A stretch of DNA of 64,000 nt from Phenylobacterium sp. Its GTDB lineage: Bacteria; Pseudomonadota; Alphaproteobacteria; Caulobacterales; Caulobacteraceae. The stretch spans positions 290 through 64,289 of the forward strand of contig NZ_DATELG010000107.1 in assembly GCF_035276905.1 (NCBI RefSeq). The letters are read 5' to 3'. A program made the position numbers and the translations under genes. The notes under the pieces are model-generated. The model was not told where the DNA came from and searched no databases. It saw nothing but the letters and a program-made list of their open reading frames with translations. This document shows, piece after piece, positions 16,921-25,772 of the stretch (positions are counted from its first letter, which is position 1; each line of letters starts with the position of its first letter).

Positions 16921-18386
16921 GTCGCGATGAACGGCGCCGTGACCTGCGCCCCGTGGTTCAGGAACACGGTCTTCGGCTTCATGAAGTTGAGGATGTTCTG
17001 CTGTCCGTTCTCGCTGCCCAGCCCGCTCTCCTTGTAACCGGTCGACGGCAACAGCACGCTCAGCAGCCGGTAGGTGTTCACCCACACCGTGCCCGCCTCG
17101 AGGCGTTCGGTCATGCGGAACGCGCGTGAAATATCGGACGTCCAGACGCCGGCGGCCAATCCGTAGCGGCTGTCGTTGGCGAGGCTGATCGCCTCGTCCT
17201 CATCCTCGAACGGGATCACGGAAAGCACCGGCCCAAAAATCTCGTCCTGGACGATGCGCATGTCGTTGCGCACGCGCGTGAAGACGGTCGGCTGGACGAG
17301 CTGTCCGGGACCGTCCAAGGCGGCGCCGCCCATCACGCACTCGGCCCCCTCGGCCCGGGCGCTGTCGAGAAAGCCTATGACCCGATCGAATTGCGGGCGC
17401 GTCGTGATCGGGCCGATCTGGGTCTCGGGCCGTCTCGGGTCGCCGATGCGCAGATCCTTCGTCAGCGCAACCAGGCGATCGATGAACCGGTCGTGGATCG
17501 ACCTGTGCAGCAACAGGCGCGAGCCGGAGATGCAGGACTGTCCGCTGGAACTGAAAATGCCGACGATCGCCCCCCTGATCGCGGCGTCGATGTCGGCGTC
17601 GTCGAACACCACGTTCGGAGACTTGCCGCCGAGTTCGAGAACCACCTTTTTCAGCCCGCCGGACGCAAGCGCGTTGATGCGCCGGCCCGTCGCCGAACCG
17701 CCGGTGAACTGGATCTTCGCCACCTTCGGATGGGTCACCAGGCGCTCGCCGACCTCGGCCCCCAGGCCGGTCACGACATTGACCACGCCGGGCGGAAAGC
17801 CGGCGCGCTCGAACAGCTTGGCGAACTCGAGCGTCGAGGCCGAGGTGAACTCCGAGGGTTTGATGACGACGGTGCAACCCGCCGCCAGCGCGTTCGCCGT
17901 CTTGATCGCCGCAATCAGCAGCGGCGAATTCCAGGGCGTGATGACGGCCACCACCCCCAGCGGCTGATAGCACGCGTAGGCGAAGACCCCCGGGATCTCC
18001 GGCGGAGCGATCACGCCTTCGATCTTGTCCGCCAGCCCGGCGAAATAGTGGAAGATGTTCGCCAGCGCCGCGACTTCGCCGCGCGTCGCCGCGAGCAGCT
18101 TGCCATTGTCCCGCGTCTCCACCTCGGCCAGGCCGTCCGCCACCGTCGGGATCAGGTCCGCCACCTTGCGCATGAGCGCCGCGCGCGCGCTGGCCGGGAG
18201 CGAACGCCAGGAGGGCGCGGTGAAGGCGGCGTCGGCCGCCTCCACCGCGGCGTCGACGTCGTCGGCCGCGCCGCGAGGAATGACGGCCCAGGCCTTCCCG
18301 GAATAGGGATCCTCGCTGGCGAGGTGATCGCCGCCGGCGGCCTCCACCCAGCGCCCGCCAATCAGCATCTGATACGACTGCGTCAT
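16917..18386 (-). CDS. NAD(P)-dependent aldehyde dehydrogenase
   Basis: 489 aa with ALDH patterns: ...VITPWNSPLL..., FTGGSATGRRI, ELGGKSPNVVFDDAD, SSGQSCISGSRLLL (catalytic Cys) and EIFGPVLSVIPFEDEDEAI. Confidence 0.9.
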   Translation of the reverse strand: MTQSYQMLIGGRWVEAAGGDHLASEDPYSGKAWAVIPRGAADDVDAAVEAADAAFTAPSWRSLPASARAALMRKVADLIPTVADGLAEVETRDNGKLLAATRGEVAALANIFHYFAGLADKIEGVIAPPEIPGVFAYACYQPLGVVAVITPWNSPLLIAAIKTANALAAGCTVVIKPSEFTSASTLEFAKLFERAGFPPGVVNVVTGLGAEVGERLVTHPKVAKIQFTGGSATGRRINALASGGLKKVVLELGGKSPNVVFDDADIDAAIRGAIVGIFSSSGQSCISGSRLLLHRSIHDRFIDRLVALTKDLRIGDPRRPETQIGPITTRPQFDRVIGFLDSARAEGAECVMGGAALDGPGQLVQPTVFTRVRNDMRIVQDEIFGPVLSVIPFEDEDEAISLANDSRYGLAAGVWTSDISRAFRMTERLEAGTVWVNTYRLLSVLLPSTGYKESGLGSENGQQNILNFMKPKTVFLNHGAQVTAPFIAT

Positions 18387-18413
18387 CCCTCATGCATCCT
18401 TGTCGCGTCCGGC

Positions 18414-19352
18414 TCAGGCTTGATGCGCGAGCTTCATGCCGGCCACAGGGCTTCGGCCCTTGGCCACATAGGTGGTCTCCAGGCAGCCAATGTAGAGGTC
18501 CTTCATGTCCGGGCCGCCAAACGTGACGTTGCTCGGCATCCGCAAGATCTCGCCAGCCGGGTCGTCGATGATCGTGAGCAGGTTTCCGGCCGGTGTGATC
18601 GCCAGGACCTTGTTGGCGAAGAAGAGCGTGACCCAGAGGTTCCCCTCCACGTCGAAGGCGCATCCGTCCGGATAGCCCAGGGTCTTGACATCCCCGAGCG
18701 CGCCGGGCTGCGCCGTGCGGCCCAGCGGCGGGCCATACTGCTCGCCGGGACCGAGCCTTGCGCCCGGCAGCACGGGATAGCGGACGACGTTCGAACCGAA
18801 GCTCTGACAGCAGTAGAGGAACTTCTCGTCCGCCGACATGGCCAGGCCGTTGGCGAAACCCAAGCCCTCGGCGACGATCGACGAGGTCCCGTCCGGGCGC
18901 AGGACGAAGATGAAGCCGTCGTGCGGCAGGTCCTGCGTCAAGGTGGCGAAGTTTTCCCCAGCGATCGAGTTCGAGCACCAGATGTTTCCGGCGCGATCGA
19001 CCATCGGGTAGTTGCAGCTCGTCAGCTTGCGCCCCTCGACTTCCGTCAGCAGCACCGTGCGCTCGCCGGTCGTCGGATCGAGCCGCTCCAGCGCTCCGGG
19101 CTCGCCTTCGGCGGCGCCCAGGTTCGCCATCAGGAGCCGGTTCTCCAGGTCCATGCTGACGCCGTTGATCACGCCGGGGCGGCGCCTCTCGCCGACCGAC
19201 CTCAAGGCCCCGTCGCGCAGGATCTCGCGCGCGCCGACGTGCGGATCGGTGGCGAACACCCGCCCGTCGCGGCCCACCGCCACGTCCTCCGGCCGCTCAA
19301 GGCCCTCCCCCCATCTCAGAAGCGCGTCCAGGGGTATCTGATCAAGCGGCAT
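18414..19352 (-). CDS. SMP-30/gluconolactonase/LRE family protein
   Basis: 312 aa with beta-propeller lactonase-like patterns (LERPEDVAVGRDGRVFATD..., GYPDGCAFDVEGNLWV). It overlaps the upstream GMC gene by 11 nt. Confidence 0.8.
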   Translation of the reverse strand: MPLDQIPLDALLRWGEGLERPEDVAVGRDGRVFATDPHVGAREILRDGALRSVGERRRPGVINGVSMDLENRLLMANLGAAEGEPGALERLDPTTGERTVLLTEVEGRKLTSCNYPMVDRAGNIWCSNSIAGENFATLTQDLPHDGFIFVLRPDGTSSIVAEGLGFANGLAMSADEKFLYCCQSFGSNVVRYPVLPGARLGPGEQYGPPLGRTAQPGALGDVKTLGYPDGCAFDVEGNLWVTLFFANKVLAITPAGNLLTIIDDPAGEILRMPSNVTFGGPDMKDLYIGCLETTYVAKGRSPVAGMKLAHQA

Positions 19353-20982
19353 GCGGCTCTCCGGGCTGGATGTGGCTGAACGCGCTCACGCCGGCGCGCT
19401 GGTCTTCGCGGATCAGGTCGGCGGCCTTCTCGCCGATCATCATCACCGTGGCGTTGGTGTTCGCCGAGACGATCTTCGGCATGATGGACGCATCGGCGAC
19501 CCGCAGGCCCGCGATCCCGCGCACGCGTAGCCGCGGATCGACCACGGCGTTCGCGTCCCGCCCCATGCGACAGGTGCCGACGGGGTGGTAGACCGGGCCC
19601 AGGGCGCCCCGCAGCATTTCCACGACTTCTGAATCGTCGGCGGACAGCGGCGTCGTCAGCTTGAAGGTTTCGAACAGCGGCGAGGACATGATCCTCGCCG
19701 CCAGCCTCATGCCCGCCACCAGGGTCGCCTGATCCTTGGGGCTCGCCATAAAGTTCACCAGCATGCGCGGCGCATCGGCGATGTTCGGCGAGTTCAGGGT
19801 CAGCGCGCCGCGGGACTCCGGCTGCAGCTGGTAGACGGACGTCGTGACCGTCGGCGTCTTGGAGATTCCGATCGTGCCGCCGTCGAAGACGAAGCTGAAG
19901 GGGCGCGTGGTGAGCTGCACGTCAGGCTGCTCGACACCGGCCAGGACCCGGGCGAACAGAGCCGAATGGGACGTGCCGAGCGCCAAGAGGCCGGTGCGGG
20001 TGGCGGCGTACCTGAGCACCTCGCCCGCCAGCGCCGGCCCGCGGGTCAGGGCGTTGACGGAATACCGCTCCGGCACGTCGTAAACCAGGTGCGCGCAGGT
20101 GTGATCGTGAAGGTTGCGCCCCACCTCGGGCGCGTCGCAAATGACCTCGATGCCCAGCTCCTTCAGATGCGCTGCGGGGCCCACGCCCGAGAGCATCAGG
20201 AGCTGCGGCGAATTGATCGCCCCGCCCGCCAAGATCACCTCCCGCCCCGCCTGGACCGTCCGGCGTGCGGCCGCGTGCAGGAAGCTGACCCCAGTGGCGC
20301 GGCGGCCGACGATATTGATCTTCTCGACCTGGGCGTCGGAGAGGATCGTCAGATTGCGCCGATGGCGGACCGGCGCGAGGAAGGCGTCGTAGGCCGAACA
20401 GCGCCGGCCGTTGCGGATGTTGTACTGTAAGCGGCCGACGCCGTCCTGGTCGCCCGAGTTGAAGTCCTCATTGTATGGAAATCCGGCTTCGACGGCGGCC
20501 TCAATGAACCGCTCCGGGAACGGATACCGTGTCGCCGGATCGGTTACGTTCAGCTCCCCGCTGGTCCCGCGTACGGCGGGGTCGCCGCCCCGCCGGCGCT
20601 CGCCGCGCTTGAACAGGGGAAGGACGTCGCTCCATCCCCAGCCGACATTGCCGAGCTGGCGCCAGTGATCGTAGTCGCGCGGATGGCCGCGCAGATAGAG
20701 CATGCCGTTGATCGCACTGGAGCCGCCCAACCCCCGTCCGCGCGGCCAATAGATCCGCCGGTTGTTGAGGTGCGGCTCAGGCTCGGTCATGTAGCCCCAG
20801 TTGTAGGGGCAAGCCGTCAGCAGCTTGGAGACCGCGCCCGGAATGCCGATCCATGGGCTCCGGGGCTCCGGCCCGGCTTCCAGCAGCAGCACGCGCACAG
20901 TTGGATCGGCCGACAGCCGACTGGCCACCACGCATCCTGCCGAGCCCGCGCCCACGACAATATAGTCGAACGCCTCGGCCAT
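19342..20982 (-). CDS. GMC-family (choline dehydrogenase-like) FAD oxidoreductase
   Basis: 546 aa from ATG 20982, preceded by GGGAGGA. Patterns: FDYIVVGAGSAGCVVASRLSADP..VRVLLLEAG and the C-terminal HPVGTCRMG. The ORF extension to 21648 is rejected. Confidence 0.9.
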   Translation of the reverse strand: MAEAFDYIVVGAGSAGCVVASRLSADPTVRVLLLEAGPEPRSPWIGIPGAVSKLLTACPYNWGYMTEPEPHLNNRRIYWPRGRGLGGSSAINGMLYLRGHPRDYDHWRQLGNVGWGWSDVLPLFKRGERRRGGDPAVRGTSGELNVTDPATRYPFPERFIEAAVEAGFPYNEDFNSGDQDGVGRLQYNIRNGRRCSAYDAFLAPVRHRRNLTILSDAQVEKINIVGRRATGVSFLHAAARRTVQAGREVILAGGAINSPQLLMLSGVGPAAHLKELGIEVICDAPEVGRNLHDHTCAHLVYDVPERYSVNALTRGPALAGEVLRYAATRTGLLALGTSHSALFARVLAGVEQPDVQLTTRPFSFVFDGGTIGISKTPTVTTSVYQLQPESRGALTLNSPNIADAPRMLVNFMASPKDQATLVAGMRLAARIMSSPLFETFKLTTPLSADDSEVVEMLRGALGPVYHPVGTCRMGRDANAVVDPRLRVRGIAGLRVADASIMPKIVSANTNATVMMIGEKAADLIREDQRAGVSAFSHIQPGEPHAA

Positions 20983-21212
20983 CACCGACGTCCTCCCGTG
21001 CCGGATTTCCCCGTCCCAACGAGGGTCCGGGCTTGTTGAACGAAGACTACGACCGGCTGGCCTTGGCCGCGAAGCCCTGTCGGGCCGATAGGCGGCCAAA
21101 CGGGAGAGGAATTCATGTATCTGAAAACATGGCGTCCAGCGGAGCGCCGGGACGGAGCCGGCCCCAATCACCTGCACCCTCGCGCCGATCTCCGACTGCG
21201 GCTCCTCAAATT

Positions 21213-21225
21213 GATATTCAAATCG
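21213..21225. promoter_or_regulatory. AT-rich box GATATTCAAATCG (second exact copy), within AAATTGATATTCAAATCG
   Basis: Located in the divergent region between the GMC gene (minus) and the ABM gene (plus), 64 nt upstream of the ABM ATG. Confidence 0.5.
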
Positions 21226-21288
21226 ACATCGCTCTATGGTCATGGGCCGACAGCGCTCCTCGCAGGCGCGGCCGCACTGGAGACAGGG

Positions 21289-21582
21289 ATGACCATCGCT
21301 CGCCTTTATCAAATGACCGCGAAGGAGCACGCGGCCGAAGAACTCGCCATGGCGCTGAAGGCCCTCGCTTCCGTGCTTCAGCAGTTGCCGGGATTCGAAA
21401 ACGCGGAGCTCATGCAGGATGTAAATGCGCCCGGACGGTTCACCTTCATCGAGAAGTGGGCCAGCGCGCAGGCGCACGCCGACAGCGGCCGGCTGCTGCC
21501 CAAGGATGCGTTTTCGCAGGTTCTGGCGCTCCTCGGCGAAAAACCGCAAGTCTCCACCTACGAGATCATTGAAGGCGTCTGA
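21289..21582 (+). CDS. ABM-domain (antibiotic-biosynthesis-monooxygenase-like) protein
   Basis: 97 aa from ATG 21289, preceded by GGAGA. The pattern ...ELMQDVNAPGRFTFIEKWASAQAHADS... and the small size fit the ABM ferredoxin-like fold. Confidence 0.7.
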   Translation: MTIARLYQMTAKEHAAEELAMALKALASVLQQLPGFENAELMQDVNAPGRFTFIEKWASAQAHADSGRLLPKDAFSQVLALLGEKPQVSTYEIIEGV

Positions 21583-21747
21583 GCGATCCGTCCTCGGCAG
21601 GTGGCCTGCCAGCCCGCGTCTGGAGCTCGGCGACCGCTCTCTTTTCATCCGCCGACGCAGCGGGCGACATTGACGCTCCGCGTCCGCCGCTGTTTACTCT
21701 CGCACATGCGTATCCTGCACCTTCGACACACGGAGGGTTGAGCGGTA

Positions 21748-22560
21748 GTGGACGTCGCGAGTAAGAGCGGCAATTCTCCCCGCGGGTGGAACGTACGGGT
21801 AAAGCACCCAGGTGACCGCCGAAGTCTTTCCCGCTCGGCGACACGTGCGCTGGATGTCATGGAATGCTTCGGGCGGCTGCGGCGGCCTCTCCGTGCGATG
21901 GAGATTTCCAGGGTGCTGGGGCTGCATCCCTCCACGGCGAACCAACTGCTGAAGACCATGGTCGAGTCCGCCCACCTGACCTTCGATGCGGCCACCAAGA
22001 CCTACCTGCCCTCCCACCGACTTACGAGCTTCGGGGCCTGGTTGGTCGAGAACTACGGCGCTGATGAACGTCTGCGCGGGCTGGTGCGCGACGTGCAGGC
22101 GGCCACGGGCGAGTTGGTCACCCTGACGACGCCGAACGACCTGTTCATGCAGATCGTGGATCTGTCCGGGATGCCGGCCGCAGATGACTTCACCGAACGC
22201 GGCCTGCGGATCTCGATCTTCGGTTCGGCGATCGGCGCCGCCTTTCTGTCGACGCAGAAGGATGCGGAAGTCGCGCGGCTGGCCGAACGCGCGCGAATTG
22301 CGCCCGCGGATCTGCGCGAGCTGCAATCGAAGCTCGTCGAAGTCAGGCGCGATGGCGTCGCCGACGGTTCCGCCCTCGGCGGGGAGTTGTGGTCGGTCGC
22401 CGCCCCGCTGCCGGCGGAAGTGTTCCCAACGCCCCTGGTGCTGGGCCTTTCAGGGCCGAATGCGCGCGTGCAAGCCAATTTGGGCGAGCTGCGCGAGCTT
22501 CTGCCCGCCGCCATCGCGCGCTGGGTTCCGCGCCAGCCGGTTCCTCCGCAAGCTCTGTGA
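21748..22560 (+). CDS. IclR-family transcriptional regulator
   Basis: 270 aa. N-terminal wHTH pattern: SATRALDVMECFGRLRRPLRAMEISRVLGLHPSTANQLLKTMVE. The C-terminal region looks like an effector-binding domain. The GTG start follows an in-frame TAG. Confidence 0.85.
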   Translation: MDVASKSGNSPRGWNVRVKHPGDRRSLSRSATRALDVMECFGRLRRPLRAMEISRVLGLHPSTANQLLKTMVESAHLTFDAATKTYLPSHRLTSFGAWLVENYGADERLRGLVRDVQAATGELVTLTTPNDLFMQIVDLSGMPAADDFTERGLRISIFGSAIGAAFLSTQKDAEVARLAERARIAPADLRELQSKLVEVRRDGVADGSALGGELWSVAAPLPAEVFPTPLVLGLSGPNARVQANLGELRELLPAAIARWVPRQPVPPQAL

Positions 22561-22669
22561 CCGCGGGCTCGGCCCGTGGCGATCGGGGGCCGGCGGCTGG
22601 CCGAACGCCGGAAAGATCCGGCGTCGTGAAACCTCTAATGGAAAAATAGACGGCTATACGCACCCAAAT

Positions 22670-22693
22670 ACGTAAATACGTAACGACGTAAAA
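22670..22693. promoter_or_regulatory. three tandem 8-bp-phased ACGTAA units (ACGTAAAT ACGTAACG ACGTAAAA)
   Basis: Read directly. It lies about 110 bp after the IclR stop and about 125 bp upstream of the SDR start. Confidence 0.45.
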
Positions 22694-22814
22694 TTGCGAT
22701 CACCGAGAGAAGAATTCTCTTCACTAGGAGCAACGGAGACGCACAATATTGCCCGCACCTCCTCTCTGTGGGCCGCGTTACAAGCGGCCGCGTCGTGGAG
22801 GTGAGGAGGAAGGC

Positions 22815-23606
22815 ATGAAGGACATCCTGGGGCTGCAGGGGCAGCCAACGCTCGTCGTCGGCGGAGGATATGGCATCGGCCGCGCGACGGCGCTCTTGCT
22901 GGCCGAGGCGGGGGCGCAAGTGGCCGTCGCCGACATTGACGGCGAACGCGCCGCCAGCGTTGCAAAAGAGGTGGGCGGGCACGCCATCGTCGGCGATGTC
23001 ACCACGGCAGCCGGGGCCGACGCCATCGTGGACGAAGCCCACGACGTACTTGGCGGGCTCACGCGGCTCGCGAATATCGTCGGCCGGGTCCAGATGCGCG
23101 AATTCGAAGACACCGATCCGGCGCAGTGGCAGGACCAGATCCAGTTCAACCTCGTGCAGCAAATGCACGTCTGTCACGCTGCGGGACGGCACATGCGCGC
23201 GCGAGGCGGCGCGATCGCGATGGTGGCCTCCGTTAGCGGCATCTATGGCGCCCGCAAACACGTGGCCTACGGCGCCGCCAAAGCCGGCGTGCTGTCGCTG
23301 GCGCGAAGCCTTGCCGATGAATGGGGACGGTACGGCATCCGGGTCAACACCGTCGCGCCGGACATCAACGCGACGCCGCGCATCCTGGACGGCGCGAACC
23401 GGCCGATCGACGAGGCGCTGGCCAGCATGGACGCCAAGGCGGCGCGGGAGGGCGTGCCGCTCGGCCGCTTCGGCCGGCCGGAGGAGGTGGCCGGCCCCCT
23501 GTTGTTCCTGCTTTCCGACCTCTCATCGTTCATGACGGGGCAATGCCTGGTCGCCGACGGCGGAACCATGGCCCGTTTTCCCCATGCCGTCGCCGGCGAA
23601 GGTTGA
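22815..23606 (+). CDS. short-chain dehydrogenase/reductase (SDR)
   Basis: 263 aa from ATG 22815, preceded by GAGGAGGAAGG. Patterns: VVGGGYGIGRA (TGxxxGxG variant) and YGAAKAG (YxxxK). Confidence 0.85.
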   Translation: MKDILGLQGQPTLVVGGGYGIGRATALLLAEAGAQVAVADIDGERAASVAKEVGGHAIVGDVTTAAGADAIVDEAHDVLGGLTRLANIVGRVQMREFEDTDPAQWQDQIQFNLVQQMHVCHAAGRHMRARGGAIAMVASVSGIYGARKHVAYGAAKAGVLSLARSLADEWGRYGIRVNTVAPDINATPRILDGANRPIDEALASMDAKAAREGVPLGRFGRPEEVAGPLLFLLSDLSSFMTGQCLVADGGTMARFPHAVAGEG

Positions 23607-23736
23607 TCCGCGGCTTGACCAGATCTCGGGCGGCCCACCGCGGCCTTTCGCCATCACCCTGGCTCAATCGACAGGTATTCGCGTTCATCTATTTGGCACT
23701 TTCAGTTTGTTCTGACATCACCTTGGCTGGAACGGT

Positions 23737-25428
23737 ATGAAAAGCGCATTCGACTACGTCATCCGCGGCGGAACGATCGCGGACGGGACTGCCGGCGATC
23801 TTTATGAAGCGGACGTGGGCGTAACGGCCGGTCGCATCGCGGCGGTCGGCGCTTCCCTCCCCAGCGGCAAGGAGGAGATCGACGCCCGCGGGCTGCTGGT
23901 CACGCCGGGCTTTGTCGATATCCATACCCACTATGACGGTCAGGTGACCTGGGAGGACACGCTTGCGCCCTCCTCGGATCACGGCGTCACAACCGTGCTG
24001 ATGGGGAACTGCGGCGTCGGTTTCGCGCCCTGCCGGCCGTCCGACCACGCCGCCCTGGTCACGCTGATGGAAGGCGTGGAGGACCTGCCGGAAATCGTCC
24101 TGGCGGCCGGGCTTCCCTGGGCGTGGGAGGACTTCGGCGGCTATCTCGATTTCCTGGAAGGCCGATCGTTCAACATCGACGTCGCCGCCCAGATTCCGCA
24201 CGCACCGGTGCGGGTGTTCGCAATGGGCGAGCGCGCCTTCAATCGCGAGCCCGCGACCGAGGCCGACAATGCGATGATGGCGCAGATCGTCGGGGAGGCG
24301 ATCCGCGCCGGGGCGCTTGGCTTTTCGACGTCGCGCAGCTTGAACCACAAGGGAAGCGACGGACGCGTCACGCCCTCCTGGCGCGCCGCCGAGGCGGAGC
24401 TGAGCACGATCGCCCGCGCGGTCGGCGAGTGCGGTACGGGGGTGCTGCAGGTGATTTCCGATCTCGAGGACCCGGCGGCCGAGATGGCGATGCTCGGGCG
24501 GGTTTGCCGCGCCAGCGGCCGGCCAATGTCGATATCGCTGTTGCAACGGCATCGGGCGCCGGGCGTATGGCGCGACGTCCTGCGCTGGGTCGAGGAGCTC
24601 AACGCGGAAGGCATGACCGTTCGGGCCCAGGTGGGAGACCGTCCGATCGGCGCGCTGATGGGACTGGCGTTGAGCCTCAATCCGCTCGCCGCCTCGCCCG
24701 CCTATCAGGCCGTCGCCCATCTTCCGCTGGAGGCGCGGGCCAAGGCCCTGGCCGAGCCGTCGCTGCGCGCGCGCATTATCGCCGAGATCGAGGCGAGCGC
24801 GCCGTCATTGGACTTCGATCACCTGTATCCGCTCGGCAATCCCCCGAGCTACGAGCCGCCCAGCGACCGCTTCATCGGCGCCATGGCGCGTGCGCGGGGC
24901 GTGAGGCCGCTGGAACTGCTCTACGATCTGCTGCTGGAAGACGCCGGCGCAGCCATCATCGCGCATCCCACGGCCAACTATGCCGAGGGCGACCTGGATT
25001 CGTGCGGAGAGCTCCTGCGCCATCCGTACACCCTCATCGGCCTCGGTGACGGCGGCGCCCACCTCGGCATCCTCTGCGACGCCAGCCAGCCCACCCACCT
25101 GCTCCACTACTGGACGCGCGACCGGGCGCGAGGCCGAATTCCTCTGGCCAAGGCCGTCTCGGCGCTCACCCGTGAGACCGCCGCGGCCGTGGGGCTCGGC
25201 GATCGCGGCCAGATCGCCGTCGGCAGGCGCGCCGATCTCAACGTCATCGACTACGACCGCCTGTCGCTCGAGCCGCCCACCGTCACCTACGACCTGCCGG
25301 CGGGCGGCCGGCGGGTGCGGCAACGCGCGCATGGCTATGTCGCGACGCTTGTCGCCGGCGAGGTCGTCGCCCGCGATGACCAAGACACGGGCGCGCGGCC
25401 TGGCCGTCTGGTGCGCGGCGCAAGGTGA
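23737..25428 (+). CDS. N-acyl-D-amino-acid deacylase (D-aminoacylase) family amidohydrolase
   Basis: 563 aa. The N-terminal FDYVIRGGTIADGTAG...GRIAAVG...IDARGLLVTPGFVDIHTHYD is typical of this family. Confidence 0.85.
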   Translation: MKSAFDYVIRGGTIADGTAGDLYEADVGVTAGRIAAVGASLPSGKEEIDARGLLVTPGFVDIHTHYDGQVTWEDTLAPSSDHGVTTVLMGNCGVGFAPCRPSDHAALVTLMEGVEDLPEIVLAAGLPWAWEDFGGYLDFLEGRSFNIDVAAQIPHAPVRVFAMGERAFNREPATEADNAMMAQIVGEAIRAGALGFSTSRSLNHKGSDGRVTPSWRAAEAELSTIARAVGECGTGVLQVISDLEDPAAEMAMLGRVCRASGRPMSISLLQRHRAPGVWRDVLRWVEELNAEGMTVRAQVGDRPIGALMGLALSLNPLAASPAYQAVAHLPLEARAKALAEPSLRARIIAEIEASAPSLDFDHLYPLGNPPSYEPPSDRFIGAMARARGVRPLELLYDLLLEDAGAAIIAHPTANYAEGDLDSCGELLRHPYTLIGLGDGGAHLGILCDASQPTHLLHYWTRDRARGRIPLAKAVSALTRETAAAVGLGDRGQIAVGRRADLNVIDYDRLSLEPPTVTYDLPAGGRRVRQRAHGYVATLVAGEVVARDDQDTGARPGRLVRGAR

Positions 25429-25588
25429 CGCGCGCTGGCGGAGCATGAGCCGCTCCGCAGGTTCTGCAATTCAAAGCAGAGGTGCGAACGCTCCGCCTTG
25501 GAGAGCTCAAGGCAAACGAACGCCGGCCAGAAGCGGCCGACGACTGCTTCATGATTCCGCAAATCCTACTCTTAGATTCCAGCTCCGC

Positions 25589-25636
25589 CAAGCGCACGAT
25601 TACATGATTACGTATTTATATTGAGTTTAGATTGTT
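25589..25636. promoter_or_regulatory. 8-bp-phased array GATTACAT GATTACGT ... GATTGTTC AATTGCAA (reverse complement gives ACGTAATC units)
   Basis: Read directly, about 140-185 bp upstream of the TonB-dependent receptor start. It shares the 11-mer TAAATACGTAA (on the opposite strand) with 22668-22683. Confidence 0.45.
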
Positions 25637-25772
25637 CAATTGCAAAGCGCGGGACACTCTGATCTGCTCAACTTCGGTAACCCGCATGGGAGAACGCACT
25701 CCGTAGAAGTGCGGGCCGGAATTCCAGGAAAGCTGGAGCTTCGGGAACGACAGAAATATGGGGGAAGGAAAC

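Noticed and set aside
17200-19379. Long ORFs 17200-18978 (minus, 592 aa) and 17391-19379 (plus, 662 aa) overlapping the ALDH and SMP-30 genes
   Set aside because: They are out of frame with or antisense to genes carrying canonical ALDH and lactonase motifs. Their translations are R/G/D/P-rich without motifs.
20983-21648. N-terminal 222-codon extension of the GMC oxidoreductase ORF (19342-21648)
   Set aside because: The extension has no GMC similarity. The canonical FAD-binding N-terminus (FDYIVVGAGSAG) starts right after ATG 20982, which has a GGGAGGA RBS. The extension would also overlap the ABM gene on the other strand.
25429-25772. Possible riboswitch (for example cobalamin) in the long leader of the TonB-dependent receptor
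   Set aside because: I could not find a B12-box-like conserved core or any other riboswitch signature that I recognise. Only generic hairpins and AT-rich repeats are present.
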